From a virus, in the IMG/VR virus record IMGVR_UViG_3300003322_000515, positions 1 through 61,028 of that record: 61,028 nucleotides of DNA; one strand, given 5' to 3'. The notes beneath the pieces were generated by a model. The model ran no database searches, was not told the origin of the DNA, and saw only the letters and a list, made by a program, of their open reading frames with translations. Shown piece after piece: positions 16,601-24,877 of the stretch. Made by a program: the position numbers and the translations under genes. Each line of letters begins with the position of its first letter. The first letter of the stretch is position 1.

Positions 16601-17080
16601 ATGCCGCCCACCAACAATACCCGCCCCACCACATTCGACGCAGCCCTCACCAGCTACCTACCGTCGTTGCGCAAGCAAGCAGCGTTCATTGCTGGCGATA
16701 ACGGCGATGACCTGTTGCAAGACGCTGTCGTTTCAATGCTCCATCTCGCACCAAAATGCAGAATGGAGACATTCAAGACATGGGCGCAAATCATCCTGCG
16801 TCGCACCGCGGGCAATAACAAGCGCCTAGCGCGAGCCGCTAAACGTCAACAAGATCCCATGTTCGCTCAGGCGTCGGCACCAGCCAGTCAGGAGGTTCAT
16901 GCTGAACTTTCCGAGGCCTTGGCGGCTCTATCCACCATCAAGCATGGAGAAATCGTTCTGCGGCGCGCCATGGGCGATTTGCTGAAGGACATCGGCACCG
17001 ACCGCGGCACGAATCGTGAGGCGGTTCGCCAACTCGAGGTCAAGGCGCGACGTGCGCTTATCAAGAGGATGGCGGCATGA
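16601..17080 (+). CDS. ECF-like sigma-70 family protein (paralogue 1)
   Basis: Region-2-like DLLQDAVVSML and region-4-like HTH LLKDIGTDRGTNREAVRQLEVKARRAL. Ends MAA. Confidence 0.6.
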   Translation: MPPTNNTRPTTFDAALTSYLPSLRKQAAFIAGDNGDDLLQDAVVSMLHLAPKCRMETFKTWAQIILRRTAGNNKRLARAAKRQQDPMFAQASAPASQEVHAELSEALAALSTIKHGEIVLRRAMGDLLKDIGTDRGTNREAVRQLEVKARRALIKRMAA

Positions 17081-17583
17081 GTGTGGCTGCGAACGATAAC
17101 GACAACAACGCCAACGACAACAACGCAAACGATAATCGACCAGCTGCCTTCGACGACGCTGTTATTTCCTACCTACCGCGCCTACTGAAAGTCGCCGCTC
17201 GACTGCAGCCGTCAGAAAGAGAAGACCTCGTGCAGGCGACTGTCGAGACAGCGCTGAAATGCTGGAAATCCTACAATACAACCAAGAATCTAGGTGGCTG
17301 GCTGGTATTCCAGATGCGGAACATCAATTTTAAATGGCTGTCGTCTAAGCGACCGCGCGGCACGGACACAGCGCTTGAGTTTCTGGCCATCGAGCCGACC
17401 CAGCAAGACTATATGGACGCAGATGACATCCTGCGCACTGTCGAAGCTAGCCCACATGCCGCCATGCTGAATCGCCTTGCCATGGGCGATACCATGGGAG
17501 AGGTTGCCGCCAGGTTTGGCGTTTCCAAGCAGCGCGTGCATCAGAAGGTTGTTGAGTTTCGGCGTTCGGCGAGGGTGGTGTAG
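17077..17583 (+). CDS. ECF-like sigma-70 family protein (paralogue 2) with a triple ANDN N-terminus
   Basis: N-terminus MSVAANDNDNNANDNNANDNRP. EDLVQATVETAL...W and region-4 HTH MGEVAARFGVSKQRVHQKV. Shares FDxAxxSYLPxL with the upstream paralogue. Confidence 0.65.
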   Translation: MSVAANDNDNNANDNNANDNRPAAFDDAVISYLPRLLKVAARLQPSEREDLVQATVETALKCWKSYNTTKNLGGWLVFQMRNINFKWLSSKRPRGTDTALEFLAIEPTQQDYMDADDILRTVEASPHAAMLNRLAMGDTMGEVAARFGVSKQRVHQKVVEFRRSARVV

Positions 17584-17927
17584 TGCGGTTGGTTGTGACG
17601 GGTGGCCGTGATTATACCGACACGGCGCGCATCTTCGCTGCACTCGACGAGCTGCACGGCAGGCGGCCTATATCAGTCCTTATCGAAGGTGAGGCGCGCG
17701 GGCTTGATGCCCGCGCGAAGGCATGGGCGAAGCGCCGCGGCATTGCCGTCGACCCGTATCATGCGGATTGGGACAAATACGACAAGGCCGCAGGCGGAAT
17801 CCGCAATCAACAGATGATTGATGAGGGCAGGCCGCAGTATGGGCTGGTATTTCAAGGCGGCTTTGGCACAGCTGACATGAGGCGCAGGCTGTTTGCTGCT
17901 GGCGTTCCATTTGAGGATGTACGCTGA
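17583..17927 (+). CDS. DUF2493 / SLOG-family protein
   Basis: MRLVVTGGRDYTD...LIEGEARGLD pattern. Confidence 0.6.
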   Translation: MRLVVTGGRDYTDTARIFAALDELHGRRPISVLIEGEARGLDARAKAWAKRRGIAVDPYHADWDKYDKAAGGIRNQQMIDEGRPQYGLVFQGGFGTADMRRRLFAAGVPFEDVR

Positions 17928-19741
17928 TGCTTGAGCTCCGCTATTATCAACGAGATTCGTTAGATGCACTATATAAATACTGGGAGGAGGGCGGCGGCAA
18001 CGGCCTAATAGTGCTCCCGACTGGCGCAGGCAAAGCGCTCGTCATCGCCAAGCTCATCGAAGAACTATTAAGCCAGTATCCAGATCTGCGCATCCTCAAT
18101 GTCACGCACAGCGCAAGCCTCGTCGAACAGAACTTCAAAGAGTTCATTGGACTCATGCCGTTCGCACCAGCTGGCATCTACTCGGCCGGCCTCAAGCGTC
18201 GTGACGCACGAGCGCAGATCCTTTTCTGCGGCATTCAGTCTGTTTGGAATAAGGTAGAGCAACTTGGCGAAATCGACCTCGTCATTGTTGATGAGGCGCA
18301 CGCCATCAGCAGGAACTCAAACACCCAATATGGCAAGTTCTTCAAAGAGGTTCGACGCCTCAACCCAGATAGCCGCACCTGCGGCACCACCGCGACCGAC
18401 TATCGTATGGATTCAGGTCGACTGACTGATGATATTGACGACGACAATCCATCATTGGTTGTCAATAACAATGGCGAGGTTGTTGTCGCCAACGACAATG
18501 GCGAAGCCGTCGCGCCTGTCAAATTCAAGCTTTTCGACGATGTCGTCTATGAAGTCGGCATCGGCGAACTGATTGATAAAGGGTACCTAACGCGCCTTAC
18601 CAGCCAGAGGACAACATCGAAAATCGACCTTAAGGGCATCGGCAGCCGTGGAGGAGAGTACATACCTGGCCAGGTCTCTGAGGCTGCGGAGCGCATCATT
18701 GAAGAGGCGATCGCCGAGGACATGGTATTGTCTGAAGGCAGGCGCGCCGGTTTGTTCTTCAGCACCAGCAAGGAAAATGCCAATCACATTGCGCAGGCTA
18801 TCCGTCGGCATGGTAGACCATGTGCTGTCCTGACCAGCGACAATGCGCACCAGACGAAAGAGATTTTCGAGGGTTTTCGCTCTGGGAAATATTGGGCAAT
18901 CTCGTCCGTCTCGATGATCACGACCGGCACCAATTTCCCATTTGTTGATTTCATCTCGCTGATCCTGTCAACAAAGTCCCCGGGCAAACTAGTGCAGATT
19001 TTGGGAAGGGGAACGCGCAACTCCCCGGGCAAGACGGAATGCCTTGTTGCCGATCATGGCAGAAACCTTGCTTACCACGGCCCGATTGATCAGATCCGCC
19101 CGCGTGAGCCGGGCAAAGGTTTAGGCGAGCAGCCTAAAAAGCAATGTCCGCAAGAGGATACGCCGAATGCGGTTCGCGACGTGAACGGCAACTATGGATG
19201 CGGCGAGCTTATCCCTATTTCGATCATGACGTGCCAGTGCTGTGGCTATGTCTTTCCGCCGAACGAGGAAGAGAAGATCACTGCGCAGGCATCGGATGTG
19301 CCGGTACTGTCCACGGAGAAACCTTGGTATGAAGTCTCATCGAGGACATTCCGCCACCATCCGGGCAAGATTGATGCCAGCGGAAAACAGAAGCCAGATT
19401 CGGTGAAATGCACATATATGATTGGAATGAAGGCCGTAAATGAGTGGCACTGCTGCGAGCATGACGGCTTCCCAAAATCCAAGGCTCAAAGGTGGTGGGT
19501 TCAGCACGGTGGCAAACGACCCATGCCCAAGACAGTGATTGAGTGGCTTGAGCGGCAACACGAGCTTGCGCCGACAGTTGAGGTGCAACTCGACTACAGC
19601 CGCAACCCAAAATACCCCGATGTCATGGCGCACCGCGTCGGTCTTCTGGTTGCGAACGACAACCATCCGCAGGCCGCAAACGATAACGGCAAAGGAATGC
19701 CCGATTGGGAGCGCGATATGATGGACGAGGTTCCTTTTTAG
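17927..19741 (+). CDS. SF2 DEAD/DEAH-box DNA helicase with a C-terminal zinc-ribbon region
   Basis: Walker A LPTGAGKA; DEAH box VIVDEAHA; CQCCG zinc motif. Three ANDN copies. C-terminus MMDEVPF. Confidence 0.85.
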   Translation: MLELRYYQRDSLDALYKYWEEGGGNGLIVLPTGAGKALVIAKLIEELLSQYPDLRILNVTHSASLVEQNFKEFIGLMPFAPAGIYSAGLKRRDARAQILFCGIQSVWNKVEQLGEIDLVIVDEAHAISRNSNTQYGKFFKEVRRLNPDSRTCGTTATDYRMDSGRLTDDIDDDNPSLVVNNNGEVVVANDNGEAVAPVKFKLFDDVVYEVGIGELIDKGYLTRLTSQRTTSKIDLKGIGSRGGEYIPGQVSEAAERIIEEAIAEDMVLSEGRRAGLFFSTSKENANHIAQAIRRHGRPCAVLTSDNAHQTKEIFEGFRSGKYWAISSVSMITTGTNFPFVDFISLILSTKSPGKLVQILGRGTRNSPGKTECLVADHGRNLAYHGPIDQIRPREPGKGLGEQPKKQCPQEDTPNAVRDVNGNYGCGELIPISIMTCQCCGYVFPPNEEEKITAQASDVPVLSTEKPWYEVSSRTFRHHPGKIDASGKQKPDSVKCTYMIGMKAVNEWHCCEHDGFPKSKAQRWWVQHGGKRPMPKTVIEWLERQHELAPTVEVQLDYSRNPKYPDVMAHRVGLLVANDNHPQAANDNGKGMPDWERDMMDEVPF

Positions 19742-19774
19742 CGTTTGCCATTGTCGCTTTCCGCACTGACCACC

Positions 19775-19803
19775 TTGACAATTTTGTTAATTTGACATAT
19801 TGT
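19775..19803 (+). promoter_or_regulatory. Promoter P2 (diverged copy of the P1/P3/P4 module)
   Basis: TTGACA-17 nt-TATTGT. The right half-site is altered (TTTGACA instead of TTTGTCA). Confidence 0.6.
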
Positions 19804-19840
19804 CGTTGAACCAACTGCACCACCACTGAGGAGACTTAGG

Positions 19841-20302
19841 ATGTTTAGAAGAGAGACGTTCACGCAGTGCGTAAAACTTGCCGAACACTATTTGGCTATC
19901 GGTCAAACGAACATTTATCTTGATGAATGTGCCGCGGACACGCCTTGGCATCTGGCCACAAAAGTTGAGGCTGGCGGATCTTATCGCCTAAATGGGCCGG
20001 CATCGGCGCGTGTTACCGCCTCACATGAAAGCGGCCTGACGTTTTCGTGGTCGTTTGATTTCGAGGGCCGAGATGCAAATGGGACCGGCGTAAACCAATT
20101 TGACGCACAGAAGCTGCTCGCCATTGCTGCTCGCATGCCTGCGACGGTGCGCGACCAATTCGCAGACTTTCTCAATGCGGAAGTATGGCCAGCAGTTAAA
20201 AAGAACACTGAAGAGGTCCGTGGCGCGCTGCGCAAGCAGGAAGACAGTCTCTCCGTTCTGCAGTCGATCATCATTTCCGTTGGCAAGCAGGTCGCCGCAT
20301 GA
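19841..20302 (+). CDS. Hypothetical protein (153 aa), ends VAA
   Basis: Conserved leader GCACCACCACTGAGGAGACTTAGGATG. Confidence 0.65.
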   Translation: MFRRETFTQCVKLAEHYLAIGQTNIYLDECAADTPWHLATKVEAGGSYRLNGPASARVTASHESGLTFSWSFDFEGRDANGTGVNQFDAQKLLAIAARMPATVRDQFADFLNAEVWPAVKKNTEEVRGALRKQEDSLSVLQSIIISVGKQVAA

Positions 20303-20607
20303 CCCAGCGCAGCACGGAAGAACTGCAGCGTCAGCGCGACGACGCGTATTCTCGCCACAACCAGACGCGTATTGATCTCGCGATGGCCGAAAAGCGTCTT
20401 CATGACGCCAAGTGCCGCGACAGCGGCTTGATGGGCAAGAAGGTCACCAACAAAAAAGGTGTGCAAATCCTTGTCCATGACGTCGAGTTCATCGGCAGGA
20501 ATCCGTGTTCGATAAAGGGATTCGCTTACAAAGCTGACGGCACGCTCGGCTATTCCGAGCGCCGCTTCTATCTGGGCGAATGCACGATCGAGGGAGGCGC
20601 AGCATGA
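20299..20607 (+). CDS. Hypothetical protein (102 aa), ends GAA
   Basis: ORF track; ATGA overlaps. Confidence 0.6.
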   Translation: MTQRSTEELQRQRDDAYSRHNQTRIDLAMAEKRLHDAKCRDSGLMGKKVTNKKGVQILVHDVEFIGRNPCSIKGFAYKADGTLGYSERRFYLGECTIEGGAA

Positions 20608-21362
20608 AACCAGCACCAGTTATTGCTTCCGTTCCTGACGATTTCGACCCCAGCGCAATCGCCGGACTTGGTCACAACCAACCACCAGCAACACCATTCG
20701 ACGCCATCAGACAGGAAATCGAAGACCTCTTCGATGAGGCGAAGAACTGGGCAGACGGCGAGGCCATCGCCAGCCAAGAGATGCACGACGAGATCGAGCG
20801 CCTGCGCGCCGCTATTCACGAGGCTGGGAAGCGCGCCGATGCGTTGCGCGTCGAGGAAAAGAAGCCGCTCGACGAGCAGGTGAAGGCGATTCAGGACCGC
20901 TATAACGTCTACATCCAGCCAAAGCGCGGCAAGGTCGACATGGCCAAGGCAGCGCTCGACGATCTGCTGACGCCGTGGCGAACAAAGGTCGCAAAGGAAA
21001 AGGCTGCAGAGGCGGCGCGTATCACGAAGGAGGCAGAAGCCGCTAGGGTAGCCGCGCAGGAGGCCATTCGCGCGTCCAGCGGCAACCTCGCGGCACGCGA
21101 AGAAGCGGAGTCGTTATTACAAGATGCCAAGGCTCTGGAGAAGACGGCGCGCAGGGCCGATAAGGCAGCGACTACGGGAACGGGGTTGAGGACCACCTAT
21201 AGGGCTGAGCTCGTGAGCATCGACGAGGCGCTGGATCACTACTGGAAAACACATCAGTCCTCTTTCGAGGAATTGGTGCTGGGGCTTGCCGCAAACGATG
21301 TTCGGTTCGGCGTCCGTACAATTCCGGGGTTCAAGGTGATTGAAGAGAAAAGGGCGGCGTGA
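20604..21362 (+). CDS. Coiled-coil hypothetical protein (about 252 aa), ends RAA
   Basis: ORF 20580-21362. ATG 20604 has a GGAGG RBS and an ATGA overlap. Confidence 0.65.
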   Translation: MKPAPVIASVPDDFDPSAIAGLGHNQPPATPFDAIRQEIEDLFDEAKNWADGEAIASQEMHDEIERLRAAIHEAGKRADALRVEEKKPLDEQVKAIQDRYNVYIQPKRGKVDMAKAALDDLLTPWRTKVAKEKAAEAARITKEAEAARVAAQEAIRASSGNLAAREEAESLLQDAKALEKTARRADKAATTGTGLRTTYRAELVSIDEALDHYWKTHQSSFEELVLGLAANDVRFGVRTIPGFKVIEEKRAA

Positions 21363-21808
21363 TGGGTACTGATAGTCATGTGACTGCGCAAAGGCGTGTG
21401 AACGGAGAATGGGTGGAAGTCGAAACGGACTTCCTCGACGACAGGAATTATGCGGCATTTGGATGGCTTGCAGATGTTCGTAACTATGCAGATGTGCCGA
21501 CACTTCATCCCGATCGCGGCGTTCCGGATGACGCAGGAAAGGACGTCCACGAATGGCACGAACATTACCATGGTCACACATGGTATCTGGTCTCTGAGTT
21601 GACATCGTTTGACTACGATCAGCCTGTAGAAAATAGGCGCGTCACTCGACAATTGGCATCCAATGTATGGAGCGGCGGCTGCACTGCTGCGCCAGGTGAA
21701 GGCGAAATGACGACGTATCGCGAACTTCTTGGCGAGTACTTCATGGATGGCTTGCGAAGACTAGAAGAGTCTGGGGCGGAACGCGTCATTATCTCGTTTG
21801 ATAGTTGA
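21359..21808 (+). CDS. Hypothetical protein (149 aa)
   Basis: ORF track. Confidence 0.6.
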   Translation: MMGTDSHVTAQRRVNGEWVEVETDFLDDRNYAAFGWLADVRNYADVPTLHPDRGVPDDAGKDVHEWHEHYHGHTWYLVSELTSFDYDQPVENRRVTRQLASNVWSGGCTAAPGEGEMTTYRELLGEYFMDGLRRLEESGAERVIISFDS

Positions 21809-21818
21809 GGGCAGCGTG

Positions 21819-22169
21819 ATGTTCGAAAAAGAAATGCAAGCCGCCCTCATCTCCGACGGCGAGAAGCTTGCCGCGCTCACGGGCGAGGACCATGGGCCTT
21901 GGGATTTGGCCGACTTCGTGCTGGCACCAGAGCACCGCGACGAACTGGAAAGCCTTGCTGCTGGGTTTGAGGCGTCTGACTATGCAGAGCGAACGCTTCA
22001 CGTCGCCCTCAGCCATCATGTTGATGATTTCCATTCCGGGATGCGCGATGACTTTACGATGCGCCAGCTTCGAATATCAAACGAAGCGCGTGCGGCGGCG
22101 GAGCGCAGTCGAAAGTCAGCGGCCGCGATCCGTGCGGTGTTGCGGCTGGTTACGGCACCCACGCCATGA
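21819..22169 (+). CDS. Hypothetical protein (about 116 aa)
   Basis: ORF 21798-22169; the ATG at 21819 follows a GAGGG RBS. Confidence 0.55.
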   Translation: MFEKEMQAALISDGEKLAALTGEDHGPWDLADFVLAPEHRDELESLAAGFEASDYAERTLHVALSHHVDDFHSGMRDDFTMRQLRISNEARAAAERSRKSAAAIRAVLRLVTAPTP

Positions 22170-22381
22170 GCCGTTCTGGGAAGGACGTTGCGCAAGCCTA
22201 CTACCTAGCCGCCGAATGGCACGACAAGCAAGCCGCCGACTGCGAACAAATGGCTAAGGACGAGCCGCGCCTCGGCGCTGATATACGCGCTCGTGCAGCG
22301 GAGAACGCCAAGCATCATCGCGGCAGCGCTGCTGGACTTCGACTTGCCGCCACGCAGTTGTTGCGGGCCGCCATCGCTTAA
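22166..22381 (+). CDS. Hypothetical protein (71 aa)
   Basis: ORF track; ATGA overlap. Confidence 0.55.
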   Translation: MSRSGKDVAQAYYLAAEWHDKQAADCEQMAKDEPRLGADIRARAAENAKHHRGSAAGLRLAATQLLRAAIA

Positions 22382-22441
22382 CACCCACCACCACCCGCGC
22401 GCCACCAACGTGCGGGACTGCACCACTTGAGGAGATAGAAT

Positions 22442-23251
22442 ATGCGAGTTGAGCGCATCGGCGACGCCGTGCTCTACAATGGCGATTGCCTGGAGGTGAT
22501 GGCTGAGATCGGTCGCGCTGACCATATGATTTTTGATCCGCCATACGAGGCTACCCTTCACGCTGCAAAAAACAGTCTGAAGGGCCGCAAGCATCGCAAC
22601 GACGGCGTTGCTGAACTAAAGGGCCTCGACTTCGCGCCGATCGATGCAATCCGTGATGATGTCGTTAGACTTGGCGAAGCTCATTGCAATGGATGGTTCA
22701 TTGCGTTCTGCACTGTCGAGGGCGCAGCAAAGTGGGCAGACGCTATCAATGCTTCATCTTTGAAATACAAGCGCGCTTGCGTATGGGTTAAGCCTGACTC
22801 CACGCCGCAATTAAACGGTCAGGGTCCTGCGCAGGGTGCAGAAATCTTCGTTACCGCATGGGACGGAAGTGGCTTCGCGAAGTGGAATAGCGGCGGCAAG
22901 CGCGGCGTCTATACGCATTGCGTGAATGTGGGCAGGGACGGCCGACACCCAACCGAAAAGCCGATTCCGCTTATGCGCGAGCTTCTGCAGGACTTCACTA
23001 ATCCAGGTCAGACCATCCTTGACCCATTCATGGGCAGTGGCACGACTGGCGTTGCGTGCGCCAAGATGGGCCGGAAGTTCATCGGCGTCGAACTGGACAC
23101 AAAGTACTTCGAGATCGCATGCGAGCGCATCGAGAAGGCGTATGCGCAAGGCGACATGTTTGTCGAGGCGCCGCGTCGCAAAGACAAGCCCGCAGACATG
23201 TTCGCCGCAAACGACAATACACCGGTCGCCACCCTCAAAGGTGCAGCATGA
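22442..23251 (+). CDS. DNA methyltransferase (beta-class, DPPY motif)
   Basis: MIFDPPYEA catalytic motif and DPFMGSGTTGVA SAM motif. C-terminus AANDNTPVATLKGAA. Conserved leader upstream. Confidence 0.9.
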   Translation: MRVERIGDAVLYNGDCLEVMAEIGRADHMIFDPPYEATLHAAKNSLKGRKHRNDGVAELKGLDFAPIDAIRDDVVRLGEAHCNGWFIAFCTVEGAAKWADAINASSLKYKRACVWVKPDSTPQLNGQGPAQGAEIFVTAWDGSGFAKWNSGGKRGVYTHCVNVGRDGRHPTEKPIPLMRELLQDFTNPGQTILDPFMGSGTTGVACAKMGRKFIGVELDTKYFEIACERIEKAYAQGDMFVEAPRRKDKPADMFAANDNTPVATLKGAA

Positions 23252-23643
23252 CCCCCATCAAACTCCCCGGCAAGCCCATCATTCCGTTTACACCGACCCA
23301 AGACGAGCACCACAACCCCACGGTTTGCAAGGCCTGCGGATGTCTCGCGATCGGACTTGGCAGGAGCGCGCCCGCTGACAAGTCACGGCCACCAGACCCG
23401 GGCTATCTCTGCAAATCTTGCATCGTCGCACTAGGAGACCTCACGAAATTGGACAGAATTAGCTTGTATGAAGTTAAAGCCTTGGAAAAAGGCGTCGAGG
23501 CTGTCGGCGAGTGGATCGCCGAGAACGGCGGGCTGACCGAGCTAGCCCATTATGACGAGCTCATGCAGCTAATGCTTGTGCGAGCTGCGTGGGATGGATG
23601 TGCGCAGGGTGTGCGGGAGGCTTTGCGCGATGCACCTTTCTGA
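23248..23643 (+). CDS. Cys-containing hypothetical protein (131 aa)
   Basis: ATGA overlap with the methylase stop. CKACGC...CKSC suggests a zinc ribbon. Confidence 0.55.
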   Translation: MTPIKLPGKPIIPFTPTQDEHHNPTVCKACGCLAIGLGRSAPADKSRPPDPGYLCKSCIVALGDLTKLDRISLYEVKALEKGVEAVGEWIAENGGLTELAHYDELMQLMLVRAAWDGCAQGVREALRDAPF

Positions 23644-24394
23644 TGTTGCGAATGATAACAACCTTGTTACAAATCATGGGTCAAAAAGCGATTTACACCC
23701 AGAATATGTAACACCCATCGCTGCACTCTATGTCGAGACGGATGGCGCATATTACGGGCTGCATGGCGTCGACCCGTGGGATGAGGCGCGAGACGCGCGC
23801 CTTTACGATGGGCCGCATCCGGTTGTTGCCCATCCTCCATGCCAGAGATGGGGCAAGCTGTGGGCTGGTCAGCCGCTATTTATCAAGCAGACTGGCATCC
23901 GCAAGATCAAGGGTGATGACGCAGGTTGCTTCGCCGCAGCTCTGGCGGCAGCGCGCAGATGGGGTGGCGTCATCGAGCATCCATGGCAAAGCCATGCGTG
24001 GCCGCACTTCGGACTAAACACGCCGCCGCGCGACGGCGGGTGGATCGTTGCTGATTTTCATGGCGGGTGGACCTGTTGCGTGGAGCAGGGTAGGTACGGA
24101 CACTATGCCCGCAAGCCTACGATGCTGTTAGCCTATGGCGTTGACCTGCCTGAACTAGAGTGGGGACATAGTGAGATGCGGTTGGACCCTGCGGTCGTAG
24201 AGCGCATGGGGCTGAAGCGCGCCAAACGATTGGGCGAGGTTGGTGCCCGCGGCGGTGGTCAGAACAGCACGCCACGCATCCACACGCCAGCGCCCTTCAG
24301 GGATCTGCTTATTGGTATGGCTCGCTCTGTGCGCGTCGCAGCCAACGATAATCACCAATCAGCACCAACAGCCCGCAACGTCTCCCATGCGTGA
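23630..24394 (+). CDS. Hypothetical protein with C5-methyltransferase-like HPPCQ and IEHP motifs
   Basis: ORF 23576-24394; the ATG at 23630 gives MHLSDVANDNN. AHPPCQRWG and GVIEHP resemble Dcm motifs IV and VI, but no FxGxG motif I is seen. Two ANDN copies. Confidence 0.55.
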   Translation: MHLSDVANDNNLVTNHGSKSDLHPEYVTPIAALYVETDGAYYGLHGVDPWDEARDARLYDGPHPVVAHPPCQRWGKLWAGQPLFIKQTGIRKIKGDDAGCFAAALAAARRWGGVIEHPWQSHAWPHFGLNTPPRDGGWIVADFHGGWTCCVEQGRYGHYARKPTMLLAYGVDLPELEWGHSEMRLDPAVVERMGLKRAKRLGEVGARGGGQNSTPRIHTPAPFRDLLIGMARSVRVAANDNHQSAPTARNVSHA

Positions 24395-24546
24395 AGCAAT
24401 GCATTCACCCATGGCGGGATTGGCCTATCGCCAGCCTTCCACCGACGAACGGTTCGCGCGTCCGCACCACTGTGGCGCGCGAAAGCCGTTTGCCAGTTGG
24501 CGCCGAACAGTGCCGAAGAGCGGGATTCGAATTCTGATGGCGTCAC
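24352..24546 (-). CDS. Small HTH-like protein (64 aa)
   Basis: GADARTVRRWKAGDRPIP motif; ATGA overlap with the upstream minus-strand ORF. Confidence 0.5.
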   Translation of the reverse strand: MTPSEFESRSSALFGANWQTAFARHSGADARTVRRWKAGDRPIPPWVNALLHAWETLRAVGADW

Positions 24547-24791
24547 AGTTCAATAATCTCAACGGAGACCACTCTTACGATTTCACCAGCAACATGGCCA
24601 ATGTTGTCGCCGTGGCTGATCAGATCCTTGCCGATTTTACGCTTTTCGCCGTGGGCGTGGTTGTTGGCGGCACCAAGACTACGGACCTCCCACCTACGCT
24701 CCTTGCCGCTTGCAAACTTAGTGATGACAACATGCGTCATCGGGCGGGCGAACTGGGCTGCGAGAAAGGCTTCTGTGTCAAAGGCGGTCAT
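24543..24791 (-). CDS. Hypothetical protein (82 aa), first gene of a reverse-strand two-gene cassette
   Basis: Preceded on the minus strand by CACACCAACACCACAGAGGAGACTGAAATG (conserved leader). Confidence 0.55.
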   Translation of the reverse strand: MTAFDTEAFLAAQFARPMTHVVITKFASGKERRWEVRSLGAANNHAHGEKRKIGKDLISHGDNIGHVAGEIVRVVSVEIIEL

Positions 24792-24877
24792 TTCAGTCTC
24801 CTCTGTGGTGTTGGTGTGTTCTTTGTAGGGCCAGTGGCCCTATATGTCAATGATTATTTTCGGAGGAAGGCAGCTTA

